Shown one piece after another: positions 1-10,110 of a stretch of DNA of 64,000 nt (position 1 is the stretch's first letter; each line of letters opens with the position of its first letter). Both the position numbers and the translations under genes were made by a program. Source of the stretch: an uncultured Chloroflexia bacterium (GTDB taxonomy: Bacteria > Chloroflexota > Chloroflexia > Thermomicrobiales > UBA6265); the NCBI GenBank assembly GCA_963724295.1, contig CAVRUC010000006.1, positions 54,096 to 118,095 on the forward strand. Direction: 5' to 3'. The notes below the pieces were generated by a model. It saw only the letters and a program-made list of their open reading frames with translations. It did no database searches and was not told where the DNA came from.

Positions 1-74
1 ACCAATGCCAGTCCGCCGTCGGACGCGCGGGCAGCCATCGATTCGTCGTTGATACGTGTCGCGGTCTCTGTCAT
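1..74 (-). CDS. 5' end of a gene running off the window edge (MTETATRINDESMAARASDGGLALV...)
   Basis: ATG at 74-72 with GAGGGG upstream on the minus strand; frame open to the window edge; no product assignable. Confidence 0.4.
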   Translation of the reverse strand, partial: MTETATRINDESMAARASDGGLAL

Positions 75-223
75 TGGCTTCCCCTCAGTGGGTCAGCATA
101 GTGCGCTGGTTGCCGGGTAACCAGCAGCCGGCATGCGTCCGATGAGCCCCGCTCGAGCGGGCGATTCCCTCTCATGCGCTCGCGGCCGAGGGCTTCATCT
201 CGACTTCATTCGACCCGCCGAGT

Positions 224-949
224 ATGGGTAGGATTCGGGAGACGCGACAGAGGATGGGTAAGGAGCGCACCGGCGTGCGAATCCTGGTTGTCGAGGACGA
301 GCCGCGACTGGCGTCGCTGCTGCGACGAGGATTGACGGAGGAGGGCCACGCCGTCGATCTCGCCGCGGACGGCGAGGAGGCGCTCGCCTGGGTCGACGTC
401 GGCGACTATGACGCGATCGTGCTCGACATCATGCTGCCCGGCATCGACGGGCTGGAGGTCTGTCGCCAGCTCCGACGACGGCGCCAGCGGATGCCGCTGC
501 TGCTCCTGACGGCGCGGGATAGCGTGGCCGATCGCGTGGCGGGACTTGACGCCGGCGCCGACGATTACCTGGTGAAGCCCTTCGCCTTCGCGGAACTGGC
601 CGCGAGGCTGCGTGCGTTGGCCCGGCGCCCCTCCGAGACCCACGATCCGGTGCTCTCGGCTGGAATGGTCCGACTCGACCCGGCGTCACGCCGGGTCTGG
701 TGGGGCGATGACGAGGTCACGCTGCCGAACAAGGAGTTTCGCATCCTCGAATACCTGATGCGTCATCCGAACCAGGTGCTCACGCGGTCGATGATCGCCG
801 AGCACGTCTGGGACTACGATTTTCCGAATGTCACCAACGTCATCGACGTCCATATCCGGCAGCTTCGCCGCCGGCTCTACGATCCCTACCCCGGTGGATT
901 GATCGAGACGGTACGCGGCGCCGGGTACCGGCTTTGCGCTCGCTCGTGA
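224..949 (+). CDS. OmpR/PhoB-family response regulator (true start probably ~254-275)
   Basis: REC motifs ILVVEDE, VLDIMLPG, LTARD, DYLVKPF; winged-helix C-terminus NVIDVHIRQLR...IETVRGAGY. Confidence 0.95.
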   Translation: MGRIRETRQRMGKERTGVRILVVEDEPRLASLLRRGLTEEGHAVDLAADGEEALAWVDVGDYDAIVLDIMLPGIDGLEVCRQLRRRRQRMPLLLLTARDSVADRVAGLDAGADDYLVKPFAFAELAARLRALARRPSETHDPVLSAGMVRLDPASRRVWWGDDEVTLPNKEFRILEYLMRHPNQVLTRSMIAEHVWDYDFPNVTNVIDVHIRQLRRRLYDPYPGGLIETVRGAGYRLCARS

Positions 950-2352
950 CCGCTCGCCGGCTACCGGTCCGCTGGCGCCTCACGCTCTGGTTCGCCGCCC
1001 TGCTGGCGCTGGTGATGGCACTCTTCGCAGGCGCCGTTTATGTCGTCTTGCGTCAGCAGCTGTACGACAGCTTCGACGAGCAGTTGCTCAACCAGACGGC
1101 GCTGACGCTCGCCGCCGTGAGCGTCGAGGACGGCGCTCCTACCCTGGAGCCGGCGGTGGCCAACGTCGCGGACGGCGAGTTTTTCCTGCGCTTGCTGGAT
1201 GCGGCTGGGGAGACGGTGTTCGAGACCGGCGGCAATGCGGCCGGGGTACCACTGGATCCGACCGTCATCGCCGCTGCGCTCGCCGGCCGGACCGAGTACA
1301 GCGCGGCTCGGGATGAAGACGACGAGACGCTCCGACTTGTCTCCGTTCCCGTGCGCCCTGACGAGGCGGAAGGTCACATCTCCGGTGTGTTGCAGGTCGG
1401 CCTCGACCGAAATGAGATCGACGAGCCGATGGCCGGCCTGCTCTCCACGCTAATCCTGGCCGGTCCGGTGGTGCTGCTGGTCGCGGCCGCCGGTGGCTAC
1501 CTGCTGGCGGGACGTGCCCTGCGTCCAGTCGCCACCATCACCGATCTCGCCGCGCGTATCGGCGCCGGTGACCTGGGCTCGCGGCTGAACCTCGATCTGC
1601 CCGATGATGAGCTCGGCCGGCTGGCGCGCACCTTCGACGCGATGCTGGCGCGCATCGACGACGCCTTCGAGCGACAGCGCCGCTTCACTGATGACGCCGC
1701 CCATGAATTGCGTACACCGCTCAGCTTGATGCGTAGTCAGGTCGACCTGACGCTGGCTCGCCCCCGCTCGACCGAGGCGTACCGGGAAGCACTGCAGGCT
1801 GTCGATGGAGACATCTCGCGCATGACCACTCTCGTCGGCACCCTGCTGACCCTGGCCCGGTCGGATGCGGGACAGCTCGCCACGGAACGCGCGCCATTTG
1901 ACCTGGCCGATACCGTGCGCCTCGTTCTCGAGCAGTACGCTCCGGTGGCGGAGCAGGCGGGGGTCGTACTGCGCAATGAGAGCTCGCCCACTCTACTCGT
2001 CGCCGACGAAGATTTGCTCATGCAACTGCTGATCAATCTGGTCGACAACGCGCTGACCCATACCCCACCCGGGGGAACGGTGGTTGCCGGCTGCCGGCCA
2101 AATGCTGGCTGGATTCATCTCTGGGTCGGCGACAGTGGTGAGGGGATTGCCGCCGAACACCAGGACCGGGTTTTCGACCGCTTCTACCGGATCGACGCCA
2201 GCCGCAGCCGCGACCGAGGAGGGACAGGGTTGGGGTTGACGATCTGTCGAGCGATCGCCGAGGCGCACGGGGGAATGATCGACTTGACCAGCCGATTGGG
2301 GAGCGGCACCCGGGTCGAGCTCGTGCTGCCGGATGGGCAGCCCCACGCTTGA
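946..2352 (+). CDS. HAMP-domain sensor histidine kinase
   Basis: Two TM segments, HAMP domain, H-box DAAHELRTP, N-box NLVDNA, G-boxes DSGEGI and GGTGLGL; GTG overlaps the regulator stop. Confidence 0.95.
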   Translation: MTARRLPVRWRLTLWFAALLALVMALFAGAVYVVLRQQLYDSFDEQLLNQTALTLAAVSVEDGAPTLEPAVANVADGEFFLRLLDAAGETVFETGGNAAGVPLDPTVIAAALAGRTEYSAARDEDDETLRLVSVPVRPDEAEGHISGVLQVGLDRNEIDEPMAGLLSTLILAGPVVLLVAAAGGYLLAGRALRPVATITDLAARIGAGDLGSRLNLDLPDDELGRLARTFDAMLARIDDAFERQRRFTDDAAHELRTPLSLMRSQVDLTLARPRSTEAYREALQAVDGDISRMTTLVGTLLTLARSDAGQLATERAPFDLADTVRLVLEQYAPVAEQAGVVLRNESSPTLLVADEDLLMQLLINLVDNALTHTPPGGTVVAGCRPNAGWIHLWVGDSGEGIAAEHQDRVFDRFYRIDASRSRDRGGTGLGLTICRAIAEAHGGMIDLTSRLGSGTRVELVLPDGQPHA

Positions 2353-2505
2353 AGAGCACTGAGATCTAGAGCGCATCGCCAAACGTGTGTGATTCCGAGG
2401 CGAAGCGATCCGCACCACCTCATCCCAGCTTCATCCCGTCCTTCTAACGTCATTCCTGTTGGCGGCGGTCGCGCCGCCGGTGAGGACGCAACGTAGGAGG
2501 GCGAC

Positions 2506-3210
2506 ATGGATTACAGAATGGTCGGGCTCATTGGGTCGCTGGCTCTGATCGTGAGCCTGTTCGGAAGCGTGGCCGCACAGGAAGAAAATGCCGTTCCGGA
2601 CGACCTCTCAGCGACGGTCGACAACCCGTACTTCCCGCTGGAGCCGGGGACGTCGCGGCGCTACGAAGGTCAGGAACTGAACCCGGACACCGGGGAAACG
2701 GTTGAGCTCCGCGTACGGGAGCATGTCTCCCCGGTGCCTGATGAAATCGCCGGTGCGCCAGTCACCACGTTGGCCGTCCAGGAGTACGAGGACGGCCAGC
2801 TCACCGAATCTACGAGCGACTACCACGCCCAGGGCGCCGACGGCACCGTCTACTACCTGGGTGAAGACGTGAATATGTACGAGGGTGGACAGCTCGTCAG
2901 CCACGAGGGAACCTGGATCGCCGGCGAAGGCGCCAATCAGGCGGGAGAGTTCATGCCGGCGGAGCCACGCGTCGGGGATCGCTTCGCGCAAGAGCAGGCG
3001 CCCGGTGTGGCTGAGGACATCTCGACCGTGATCGCCATCGATCTGACGTTGGAGACACCGGTGGGGACGTTCAGCGGCTGCATCAAGACTCAGGACCTCA
3101 ACCCGCTCGATCAGGCCATCGAGCACAAGTATTACTGTCCCGGGGTGGGTCTGGTCCGCGAGGAGAATGCGAACGGCTCCCTTGATCTCGTCTCGGTGAC
3201 GGGTGGGTGA
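2506..3210 (+). CDS. Secreted hypothetical protein
   Basis: AGGAGG RBS; signal peptide ending SVAA-Q; acidic beta-rich body (DNPYFPL...KYYCPGVGLV). Confidence 0.8.
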   Translation: MDYRMVGLIGSLALIVSLFGSVAAQEENAVPDDLSATVDNPYFPLEPGTSRRYEGQELNPDTGETVELRVREHVSPVPDEIAGAPVTTLAVQEYEDGQLTESTSDYHAQGADGTVYYLGEDVNMYEGGQLVSHEGTWIAGEGANQAGEFMPAEPRVGDRFAQEQAPGVAEDISTVIAIDLTLETPVGTFSGCIKTQDLNPLDQAIEHKYYCPGVGLVREENANGSLDLVSVTGG

Positions 3211-3389
3211 CCGTGGGTTATGGGTGATAGGTGATTGGTGATGGGAACGGAAGGGACCGGCGCCCACTCCGTCCCCATCAGGGGCCACGACCTTCCTGTA
3301 CCATGAGGCGCGGGGTGGCCTACCGAGTGGGTGGACGACCGGCGGAGCATTGCGGCGGGTCCTGACAGGGTGCGAGGGACATGTAGGGG

Positions 3390-4790
3390 ATGTGGCCCGA
3401 CGAACCGCATGCGACCGCCGGTCTCCTCGTCGATCTCTACCATCTGGATGCCGCGTACGTCAGCTGGCGGACGGGTGAGAACGCGCCGGCGACGTTCGAC
3501 CTCTACACCCGTTCGACGCCGTTCGGGGGATCGTATCTCCTGACCGCGGGGCTCGAGCCGGCGCTGGCCTTCGTCCGCGATTTCCACTACACGGATGAGG
3601 ATCTCGCCTACCTGTCCCGGACCAGATCCTATGACCCGGGATTCCTCGACGAACTGCGTCGCTTCCGGTTCACGGGTGAGATCCTGGCCATGGCCGAGGG
3701 GACCGTCGCCTTCGCCGACGAGCCGCTGCTGCGCGTGACGGCGCCTTTCCGCGAGGCGCTGCTTCTGGAATCGGGACTGTTGCGGGCCATCGGAGTGTCA
3801 ACGTTGATCGCGACGAAAGCGGCGCGTCTGGTCGATGCGGCGGCCGGCCGGCAGGTCGCGGACTTCGGGTTTCGCCGGGCCCACGATCCCTACATCGCGG
3901 CGCGGGCGGCTCTCATCGGCGGCTGCGCCAGCACCTCCTTCGTGGCGGGGGCCAAACTCTTCGCCCTACCCGCCGGCGGCACGATCCCCCACGCTCTGGT
4001 GCAGCTCTTCGCGACCGAGGAGGAGGCCTTCCGCGCGGTGGCCGAGACCCTGGATCGCTATTCCGTTCTGCTCGACACCTATGACGTCCTCGCAGCGATC
4101 GAGACCGCCGTCACGGTGGCCCTCGATGCCAGGTCGCGTCTGGGTCATGAAATGGTCGCGGTCCGCCTCGACAGCGGCGACCTCCTCGCCGACAGCAAGC
4201 ACGTGCGGCGAGTTCTGGACGAGGCCGGTCTCCTCGAGACCGAGGTGCTCGTCAGCGGTGACATCGACGAGGTCCGCATCGCCGATCTGCTTCAAGCCGG
4301 CGCACCGATCGCCGGCTTCGGCGTCGGCGGCAATCTCGCCGTCGGACTCGGCACGGTCGCCAGCGGGACGGTCGGGGGCGTGCTGGGCGCGGTCTACAAG
4401 CTGGTCTGGTACGAGGGCGTCGGCGATCCGGCGCGGATCAAACTTGCCGGGGAGAAGAGCACCTGGCCCGGCCGCAAGCTGGTCTACCGCATCGGTGCGT
4501 ATGAGGAGGACGTCATCCAGCTCGACGATGAGCCGGTGCCGCTTAACGGCACACCCTTGCTGCAGCCCGCGATCCATGATGGTGCGATCGTCGCGGACCT
4601 TCCTTCGGTCCAGGATATCCAGATCCGTGCTCTGGCCAATGTGCGGGATCTGCCCGAGCGGTACAGGACGCTCCATGACCCTGCTCGCTATCCGGTACGG
4701 CGCAGCGCGGGCGTCCTCGAACTGCGCGCGCGCGCCAGCCAGATGCGGCAGGGCGTCGGCCTCCGCGATATTCGTTCACGCACGCGGTGA
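3390..4790 (+). CDS. pncB: Nicotinate phosphoribosyltransferase
   Basis: LLVDLYHL, DFGFRRAH, GTIPH, LLDTYD, VRLDSGD, GAVYKLV motifs. Confidence 0.9.
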   Translation: MWPDEPHATAGLLVDLYHLDAAYVSWRTGENAPATFDLYTRSTPFGGSYLLTAGLEPALAFVRDFHYTDEDLAYLSRTRSYDPGFLDELRRFRFTGEILAMAEGTVAFADEPLLRVTAPFREALLLESGLLRAIGVSTLIATKAARLVDAAAGRQVADFGFRRAHDPYIAARAALIGGCASTSFVAGAKLFALPAGGTIPHALVQLFATEEEAFRAVAETLDRYSVLLDTYDVLAAIETAVTVALDARSRLGHEMVAVRLDSGDLLADSKHVRRVLDEAGLLETEVLVSGDIDEVRIADLLQAGAPIAGFGVGGNLAVGLGTVASGTVGGVLGAVYKLVWYEGVGDPARIKLAGEKSTWPGRKLVYRIGAYEEDVIQLDDEPVPLNGTPLLQPAIHDGAIVADLPSVQDIQIRALANVRDLPERYRTLHDPARYPVRRSAGVLELRARASQMRQGVGLRDIRSRTR

Positions 4791-4798
4791 GGTGAGTC

Positions 4799-5692
4799 AT
4801 GGCTGAGCCAGAGATACGACGGCCCGTCCTCCTCGATACCGACATCGGCACCGACGTCGATGATCTCCTGGCCCTCGCGCTGCTCGTCGGGTCGCCAGAG
4901 GTAGACCTCATCGGGGTGACCACGGTCTACGGCGATACCGTGCTGCGGGCCCGGATGACCCGCCTGGTTCTCGACCAGATGGAGCATAGCGGCGTCCCGA
5001 TCGGGATCGGGGCCCGAGAGACACTGACCGGCAGGCCGGTCTGGTGGGCGGGGCACGAGGGTCAGGGCATTCCCGGGCTCGAACAGCTGCAGGTCGATGA
5101 GAGCATCATCGCTGCGGACCTGCTCCACCGGGCCGCGACCGAGCATCGAGGACGCCTGGAGCTGTTCGCCATTGGACCGTTGACGAACGTGGCCGAGGCC
5201 ATCTCGGCGAATGATTCCTTCGCGACGTCCCTGCATCACCTCTACATCATGGGTGGGGCTTTCTGGATGGAGCAAGCCGAGCACAATATCAAGAGCGATC
5301 CTGAGGCCGCCGACATCGTCTTTCGCTCCAGCATCCCCATGACGATCTGCGGCCTGGACGTCACCCAACGGGTGCGGCTGCGGGAGGCCGACATGTCGCT
5401 GATCCGCGAGGCGGCCGGTGGCATCGGCTCGGTGCTGGAGGATCAGGTGCGGCGCTGGTGGGCGTTTACGGGAGCGACCGAGAATCACCTGCATGATCCG
5501 GTGGCGATCCTGCCGGCACTTCGTCCGGAACTGTTCCGTTTCGAACAGTGCGATGTGCACGTCGAGGTGGAGAGAGCAAATCCTGGTCGAACCCGAGTCG
5601 ACGGCTGCGGCACCGGCGCCGCGCGCATTGCCGCGGATGTCGACGTCACGGCCGCGGAACAGGAAATCGTTCGACGTCTCGTGGGACGGTGA
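4799..5692 (+). CDS. Inosine/uridine-preferring nucleoside hydrolase family protein
   Basis: DTDIGTDVDD metal-binding motif, IGPLTNVA, EHNIKSDPEAA, LHDP. Confidence 0.92.
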   Translation: MAEPEIRRPVLLDTDIGTDVDDLLALALLVGSPEVDLIGVTTVYGDTVLRARMTRLVLDQMEHSGVPIGIGARETLTGRPVWWAGHEGQGIPGLEQLQVDESIIAADLLHRAATEHRGRLELFAIGPLTNVAEAISANDSFATSLHHLYIMGGAFWMEQAEHNIKSDPEAADIVFRSSIPMTICGLDVTQRVRLREADMSLIREAAGGIGSVLEDQVRRWWAFTGATENHLHDPVAILPALRPELFRFEQCDVHVEVERANPGRTRVDGCGTGAARIAADVDVTAAEQEIVRRLVGR

Positions 5693-5870
5693 GGGGGGCG
5701 CTCCGCTGAGGGGGGCGGCCGCAAGCGGCCTAAGGGGGGCGAAGGGGGATAGGAGGACGACGAGACGACTCCTCGACCTTCGTCGGTCTCCTCATCCCCC
5801 TCGAGCGAAGCGACCCCCCTTCTCCCCCTGAGCCGAAGGCGACTCCCCCTCAAGCGCAGCGCCCCCCTCA
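5690..5870. repeat. 181-bp palindromic MITE/REP-like element, copy 1 (intergenic)
   Basis: 13-bp terminal inverted repeat TGAGGGGGGCGCT...AGCGCCCCCCTCA; internal mini-hairpins GCGAAGC, GCCGAAGGC, GCGCAGC; related inverted copy at 23924-24104. Confidence 0.8.
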
Positions 5871-5874
5871 TTTA

Positions 5875-6057
5875 TGGTATACTTCGTCAACGATAGGGAG
5901 CGCGGGATCGCCCGCGCGACAGTACGCCTTCTTCCCCTCTTATCGCGACGCCGGGGAACGCCGAGCCGTACTGACCGGCTCGAGCCGTTTCCCTCCGGGG
6001 CGGAATGTTCCGCCTCGATCGCATGCTGGCGTCGCGCGAGAGGGATTTCTTTTTTTC
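5875..6057 (+). promoter_or_regulatory. Extended -10 promoter (TGGTATACT) and highly structured 5' leader of the DEAD-box helicase gene
   Basis: TG-N-TATACT at 5875-5883; complementary stems 5935-5952/6028-6044, GGGGAACG/CGTTTCCC, CGAGCCG/CGGCTCG, GCGCGGG/CCCGCGC. Confidence 0.55.
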
Positions 6058-7716
6058 ATGTCTGATCCGTACACGAATGGCGCCGGCGAAGCTCCGCTTT
6101 CGTTCGGCGATTACCGGCTGAGCGATGCGTCACTGACGGTGCTCGCCGATATGGGGATCTCCGATCCCACCCCAATCCAGGCCGCGGTGCTGCCGCTCCT
6201 GCTCGATGGCCGCGACGTCATCGGCCAGGCGCGTACCGGCTCCGGCAAGACCCTGGCCTTCGCCCTGCCGTTGATCGAGGTCGTCGATCCCCGCCTGCGC
6301 GCCGTGCAGGCGCTGGTGCTGACTCCGACGCGCGAGCTGGCTGTCCAGGTGGCCGGCGTTATCGAAGAGCTGGGCACTCCGCGCGGTCTGCAGACGTTGA
6401 TGATCTCCGGCGGCCGTGCTTTCGGTCCGCAGCGCGACCAGCTGCGGCGCGGCGTGCACGTGGTGGTCGGCACTCCCGGCCGCGTGCTCGACCTGTTGAA
6501 CCAGGGCGCCATCTGGCTGGACCGCGTCCGCTTCCTCGTGCTCGACGAAGCAGACGAGATGCTCGACCGCGGTTTCGCGCCTGACGTCGAGAAGATCATC
6601 GCCCGCACCACCCCTGACCGGCAGACGGCGCTCTTTTCGGCGACGGTGCCTTCCTGGGTGAAGCAGACGGCGAGCAAGCACCTGCACGATCCGGAGACGG
6701 TGACCATCGTTCCCGAACCGGGTGAGGTGACGCAGATCGAGCATCTTGCCTTCGAGATCGGCAACAGCGACAAGATGCAGGTCCTGCAAGACCTGCTCGA
6801 CCATCGCGGCGATGGCTCGGTGATCGTCTTCGGGCGCACCAAGCACGGTGTGAACAAGCTTGCCCGCCGCTTGCAGGCGGATGGCTACCCGGTAGCGGCT
6901 CTGCAGGGGAACCTGTCGCAGAACGCGCGCGACCGGGTGATGGACGACTTCCGCAACGGGCAAGTGCCGGTCCTGGTGGCGACGAATGTCGCCGCGCGTG
7001 GGTTGGACGTCAGCCACGTGGCGCAGGTGATCAACATCGAGCTGCCGGAATCGCCGGAGCTACTCACCCACCGTATCGGCCGCACCGGCCGCATGGGGCG
7101 GCAAGGGCAGGCGATCACCCTTCTCGGCCCCGAGGATCTCACCAAGTGGCGGCGTCTGGAGCGCGGGTTCACCCGCCCCATCAGACGAACCCCGTGGCGA
7201 GGCGCGAAGGCCTTGCTGGCGAATGGCCATGGCAACGGTCATGCGGAGATGGCGCCGGAGGTCACAAGCCCGGTGGCAACCCCTGCCGCGGCCCAGGTTC
7301 GCGAAGGGGTACGTCCTGCCGCACGACGGCCGGCGGCCCCGCGCCGGGAAGCGGCTCCACGGCGTGAGTCGGCTCCTCACCGTGCGCGAGCCACTGGCCG
7401 GCCAGCGGGAGGTACTGTCGATGCGGCGCCCGAGCTGGAGGGTCGCCAGCTGCTGCGCCGCTATGGCCGCGATCCGCGCCGCCCGGAGTGGGTTGACGCC
7501 GAGCGTGGCGCGGCATCCGCCACCGGATCACGGGACTCGAGCGGACAGGCGCCCGAGCGGCGGTCACGGCGACGCCACCAGTCGGTCTGCGCCACCTGTG
7601 GCCAGACCGCGGAGACGACCTTTCGTCCCGATCCGGCGCGGCCGGTCTACTGTGACGGCTGCTATCACGACGTGCGTGAGACCCGCCGCGCGGCGGTGGC
7701 CTCACCGGCGGTTTAG
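6058..7716 (+). CDS. DEAD-box RNA helicase with C-terminal CxxC-x17-CxxC zinc-ribbon domain
   Basis: Q motif PTPIQ, GSGKT, PTRELA, TPGR, DEAD, SAT, ARGLD, HRIGRTGR; tail CATC...RPVYCDGC. Confidence 0.95.
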   Translation: MSDPYTNGAGEAPLSFGDYRLSDASLTVLADMGISDPTPIQAAVLPLLLDGRDVIGQARTGSGKTLAFALPLIEVVDPRLRAVQALVLTPTRELAVQVAGVIEELGTPRGLQTLMISGGRAFGPQRDQLRRGVHVVVGTPGRVLDLLNQGAIWLDRVRFLVLDEADEMLDRGFAPDVEKIIARTTPDRQTALFSATVPSWVKQTASKHLHDPETVTIVPEPGEVTQIEHLAFEIGNSDKMQVLQDLLDHRGDGSVIVFGRTKHGVNKLARRLQADGYPVAALQGNLSQNARDRVMDDFRNGQVPVLVATNVAARGLDVSHVAQVINIELPESPELLTHRIGRTGRMGRQGQAITLLGPEDLTKWRRLERGFTRPIRRTPWRGAKALLANGHGNGHAEMAPEVTSPVATPAAAQVREGVRPAARRPAAPRREAAPRRESAPHRARATGRPAGGTVDAAPELEGRQLLRRYGRDPRRPEWVDAERGAASATGSRDSSGQAPERRSRRRHQSVCATCGQTAETTFRPDPARPVYCDGCYHDVRETRRAAVASPAV

Positions 7717-7868
7717 TTGACATTTACGGTGTCGCGCAGAAAATTGCGTCGCTCGTTATGATTAGCGAAGCAAGTGACAAGACGGTGCGGCGGTATCCTG
7801 GGATTGCCGGGCCTCCGCACCACCGGATGAAGACCTGAACGTAACTCGTCTAACTGAGGAGGAACGAT

Positions 7869-8168
7869 TTGGCAAAGAAGAAGCAACAGTACCGCAAGCC
7901 GCCGGTCCGCTCCGCCGCCCCGGCGGCGCCGACCGAAGAGCGCGTCCGCCGCGAGAACCCGGACGCCATCACCGTTGACGGCAGAGTGATCGACGCGCTG
8001 CCGAACGCGATGTTCACCGTCGAGCTGGAAAACGAGCACACGGTGCTCAGCTACCTGGGCGGCAAGATGCGCAAGAACTACATCCGCGTGCTGCCGGGTG
8101 ACCGCGTGACCGTGGAGCTTTCTCCCTACGATCTCACGCGAGGGCGGATTACCTTCCGGCACCGGTAG
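7869..8168 (+). CDS. infA: Translation initiation factor IF-1 with a basic N-terminal extension
   Basis: [12 protein letters not shown]...[40 protein letters not shown] before the TTG start. Confidence 0.95.
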   Translation: MAKKKQQYRKPPVRSAAPAAPTEERVRRENPDAITVDGRVIDALPNAMFTVELENEHTVLSYLGGKMRKNYIRVLPGDRVTVELSPYDLTRGRITFRHR

Positions 8169-8400
8169 GTCTCTCTTTTCATCATCGTCCATAGGCAATG
8201 CCGGAGGCGCGTTTGTCGCTCCTTCGGCATTCTTGCACTTGCAAGCACGAGCATGGGATCTCAGATGGATAGAAGCTGAGGCCCGTTGTCATCTGATACC
8301 CCCCGTGCGGGCGAATTCCACATCAGGGCAGGCAGGCGAGCAGGCACTCGAGCGGTCGCGGAACGATATCGTGAGGCAGGTGAACGCCGTGGCAGGATCG

Positions 8401-9217
8401 ATGGGGCAAAACGGCATCGCTTCGGTAAACGGCGCGCGGGTTGCGTATGACGTGGCTGGCAGTGGGCTGCCCGTGCTATTGCTGCATGCCGGGATCGGCG
8501 ACCGGCGGATGTGGGACGCCCAGGTTCCCGCCTTCGCCGAGCACTTCACGGTGATCCGCTTCGATGCCCGTGGCTTCGGGGAGACCCGCAAGCCGGACGC
8601 ATCCTACTCGCCTCACGCGGATGCGATCGCGCTCCTGGACCATCTCGACATATCGCGGGCGCATTTCGTCGGCGTCTCTATGGGCAGCCAGACGGCCATC
8701 GAGACGGCGATCGCCGCGCCCGAGCGGGTCTCGGCTCTCGTCGCCGTCGCGGCGCGGACCGGGACACCGGTGTCACCGGCCCTCCGCGCCGGATGGGATC
8801 GGGTGGACGAGCTCTACGAGGCGGGGGATATCGCGGGCGCGGTCGAATTCGAGCTTCGGATGTGGGTGGACGGTCCGGATCGGGGTCCAGAGGCGGTTGA
8901 CCCTGAGATGCGCGAGCGGGTGCGCGAGATGAACGCCGCCCTCTTCGTCCGCGACGACGATGCTGGCGAGGAAATCCCACTCGACCCGCCCGCCGCCGAG
9001 CGGCTGGCGGAGATCTCCGCTCCGACCCTGATCATCTATGGCGACAAGGACGTTCATGGACGTCCGCGAGGCGGCTGGTCCGCTGGCTGCCACGATCCCA
9101 GGCGCCCGGCTGGCGGTCATCCCGGACGCGGCCCATCTCCCGCAGATGGAGCGGCCAGAGCTCTTCAACGAGATCGTCCTCGGGTTCCTGCTCGGGCTGG
9201 GTTCGGAACGGGACTGA
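8401..9217 (+). CDS. Alpha/beta-fold hydrolase (frameshift ~9055, probably a sequencing error)
   Basis: LLHAG, DARGFG, GVSMG nucleophile elbow, GDKD; catalytic His segment DAAHLPQMERPELFN is in the shifted frame ending TGA 9215-9217. Confidence 0.85.
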
Positions 9218-9928
9218 TCGCGCCGCCCGGCACTCAGCCTTTTCGCTCGGAGCTAGCCTCCGCTCGCCATCTTCGCGGCGCAGCACGCCCACGAGCTCAC
9301 CATTGGCAGTGGAAACGATGATGCTGCCAGTCCTCCGCTTCTGCATGCGTGCGACCAACGTGTCGAGCGACGCGCTGGGGCGGACCGTCGTCGGCCCCGC
9401 TTCCATCACCGCCTCCGCCGTCTGCTCGGGATCACCATCGAGCGACTCGCCGCGGAGGCGACCCAGGACCACTCGCTGGTCGTTGACGACGATGGAGCTC
9501 GTCTTCCCCGCCGCCCCGAGGCGGTCGCGCACGTCGCCCAGCCGGTCATGCAAGGCGCAGGTTGGTGTGTCTCGATCCGCCACGTCTCCGGCGCGTGGGG
9601 TGGCGGCGTCAGGTCCTTCCGTGGGGAGCCCCATGGTCAGCCAGCCGTCCTTGCCGGGGGTGTAGCGATAGACGCGGGTGAACCCGAGTGATTCGAGCCG
9701 CCACGCGGCCCGGGCGCTCATGTCTCAGGTCCATTCCCAGCAGTAGGTGATCACCGGCCGGTTCGGATCGAGGTGGGCGGTCGTCTCCCGGTCGAGCGAT
9801 TTGATGGGCAAGCTCACCGCGCCGGGGAGCCGCTCGGCGTCGTAGCCTTCGGGTTCCCGCACGTCCAGGAGGTAGGCACCGGCCGCGATCAGCTGTTGCA
9901 CCTCGTCATGGCCGATCTCTACGGGCAT
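9032..9928 (-). CDS. Rhodanese + CBS-pair fusion protein with in-frame UGA (putative selenoprotein); true 3' end probably near 9235
   Basis: ORFs 9725-9970 and 9032-9721 are in the same frame, joined by TGA-GAC: LLDVRE...ERLPGA...ITYCWEWT-(UGA)-DMSARAAWRLESLGF...GKDGW, then CBS repeats; AAGGAGG RBS before ATG 9928. Confidence 0.85.
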
Positions 9929-10110
9929 GATGCGGTCCCTCCTTGCGCGTGCACTTGCAGACGCCGTCATAGTACGCCGTCGGTCGAGACGCCAGACCTG
10001 ACATTACCGCGCCACTCGTCTCCGCCTCAGGGGAAACAAGCCCGCGTGTTCAGCCAGCCATAGTGGTATTAGACAAACGCAAAGGGTTCGTGCTCACGTT
10101 GCGGTTCACA

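Noticed and set aside
9725..9970. Rhodanese and CBS parts as two separate genes or a nonsense pseudogene
   Set aside because: The stop falls mid-domain at a Cys-like position, the frame is continuous, and the internal ATG has no RBS
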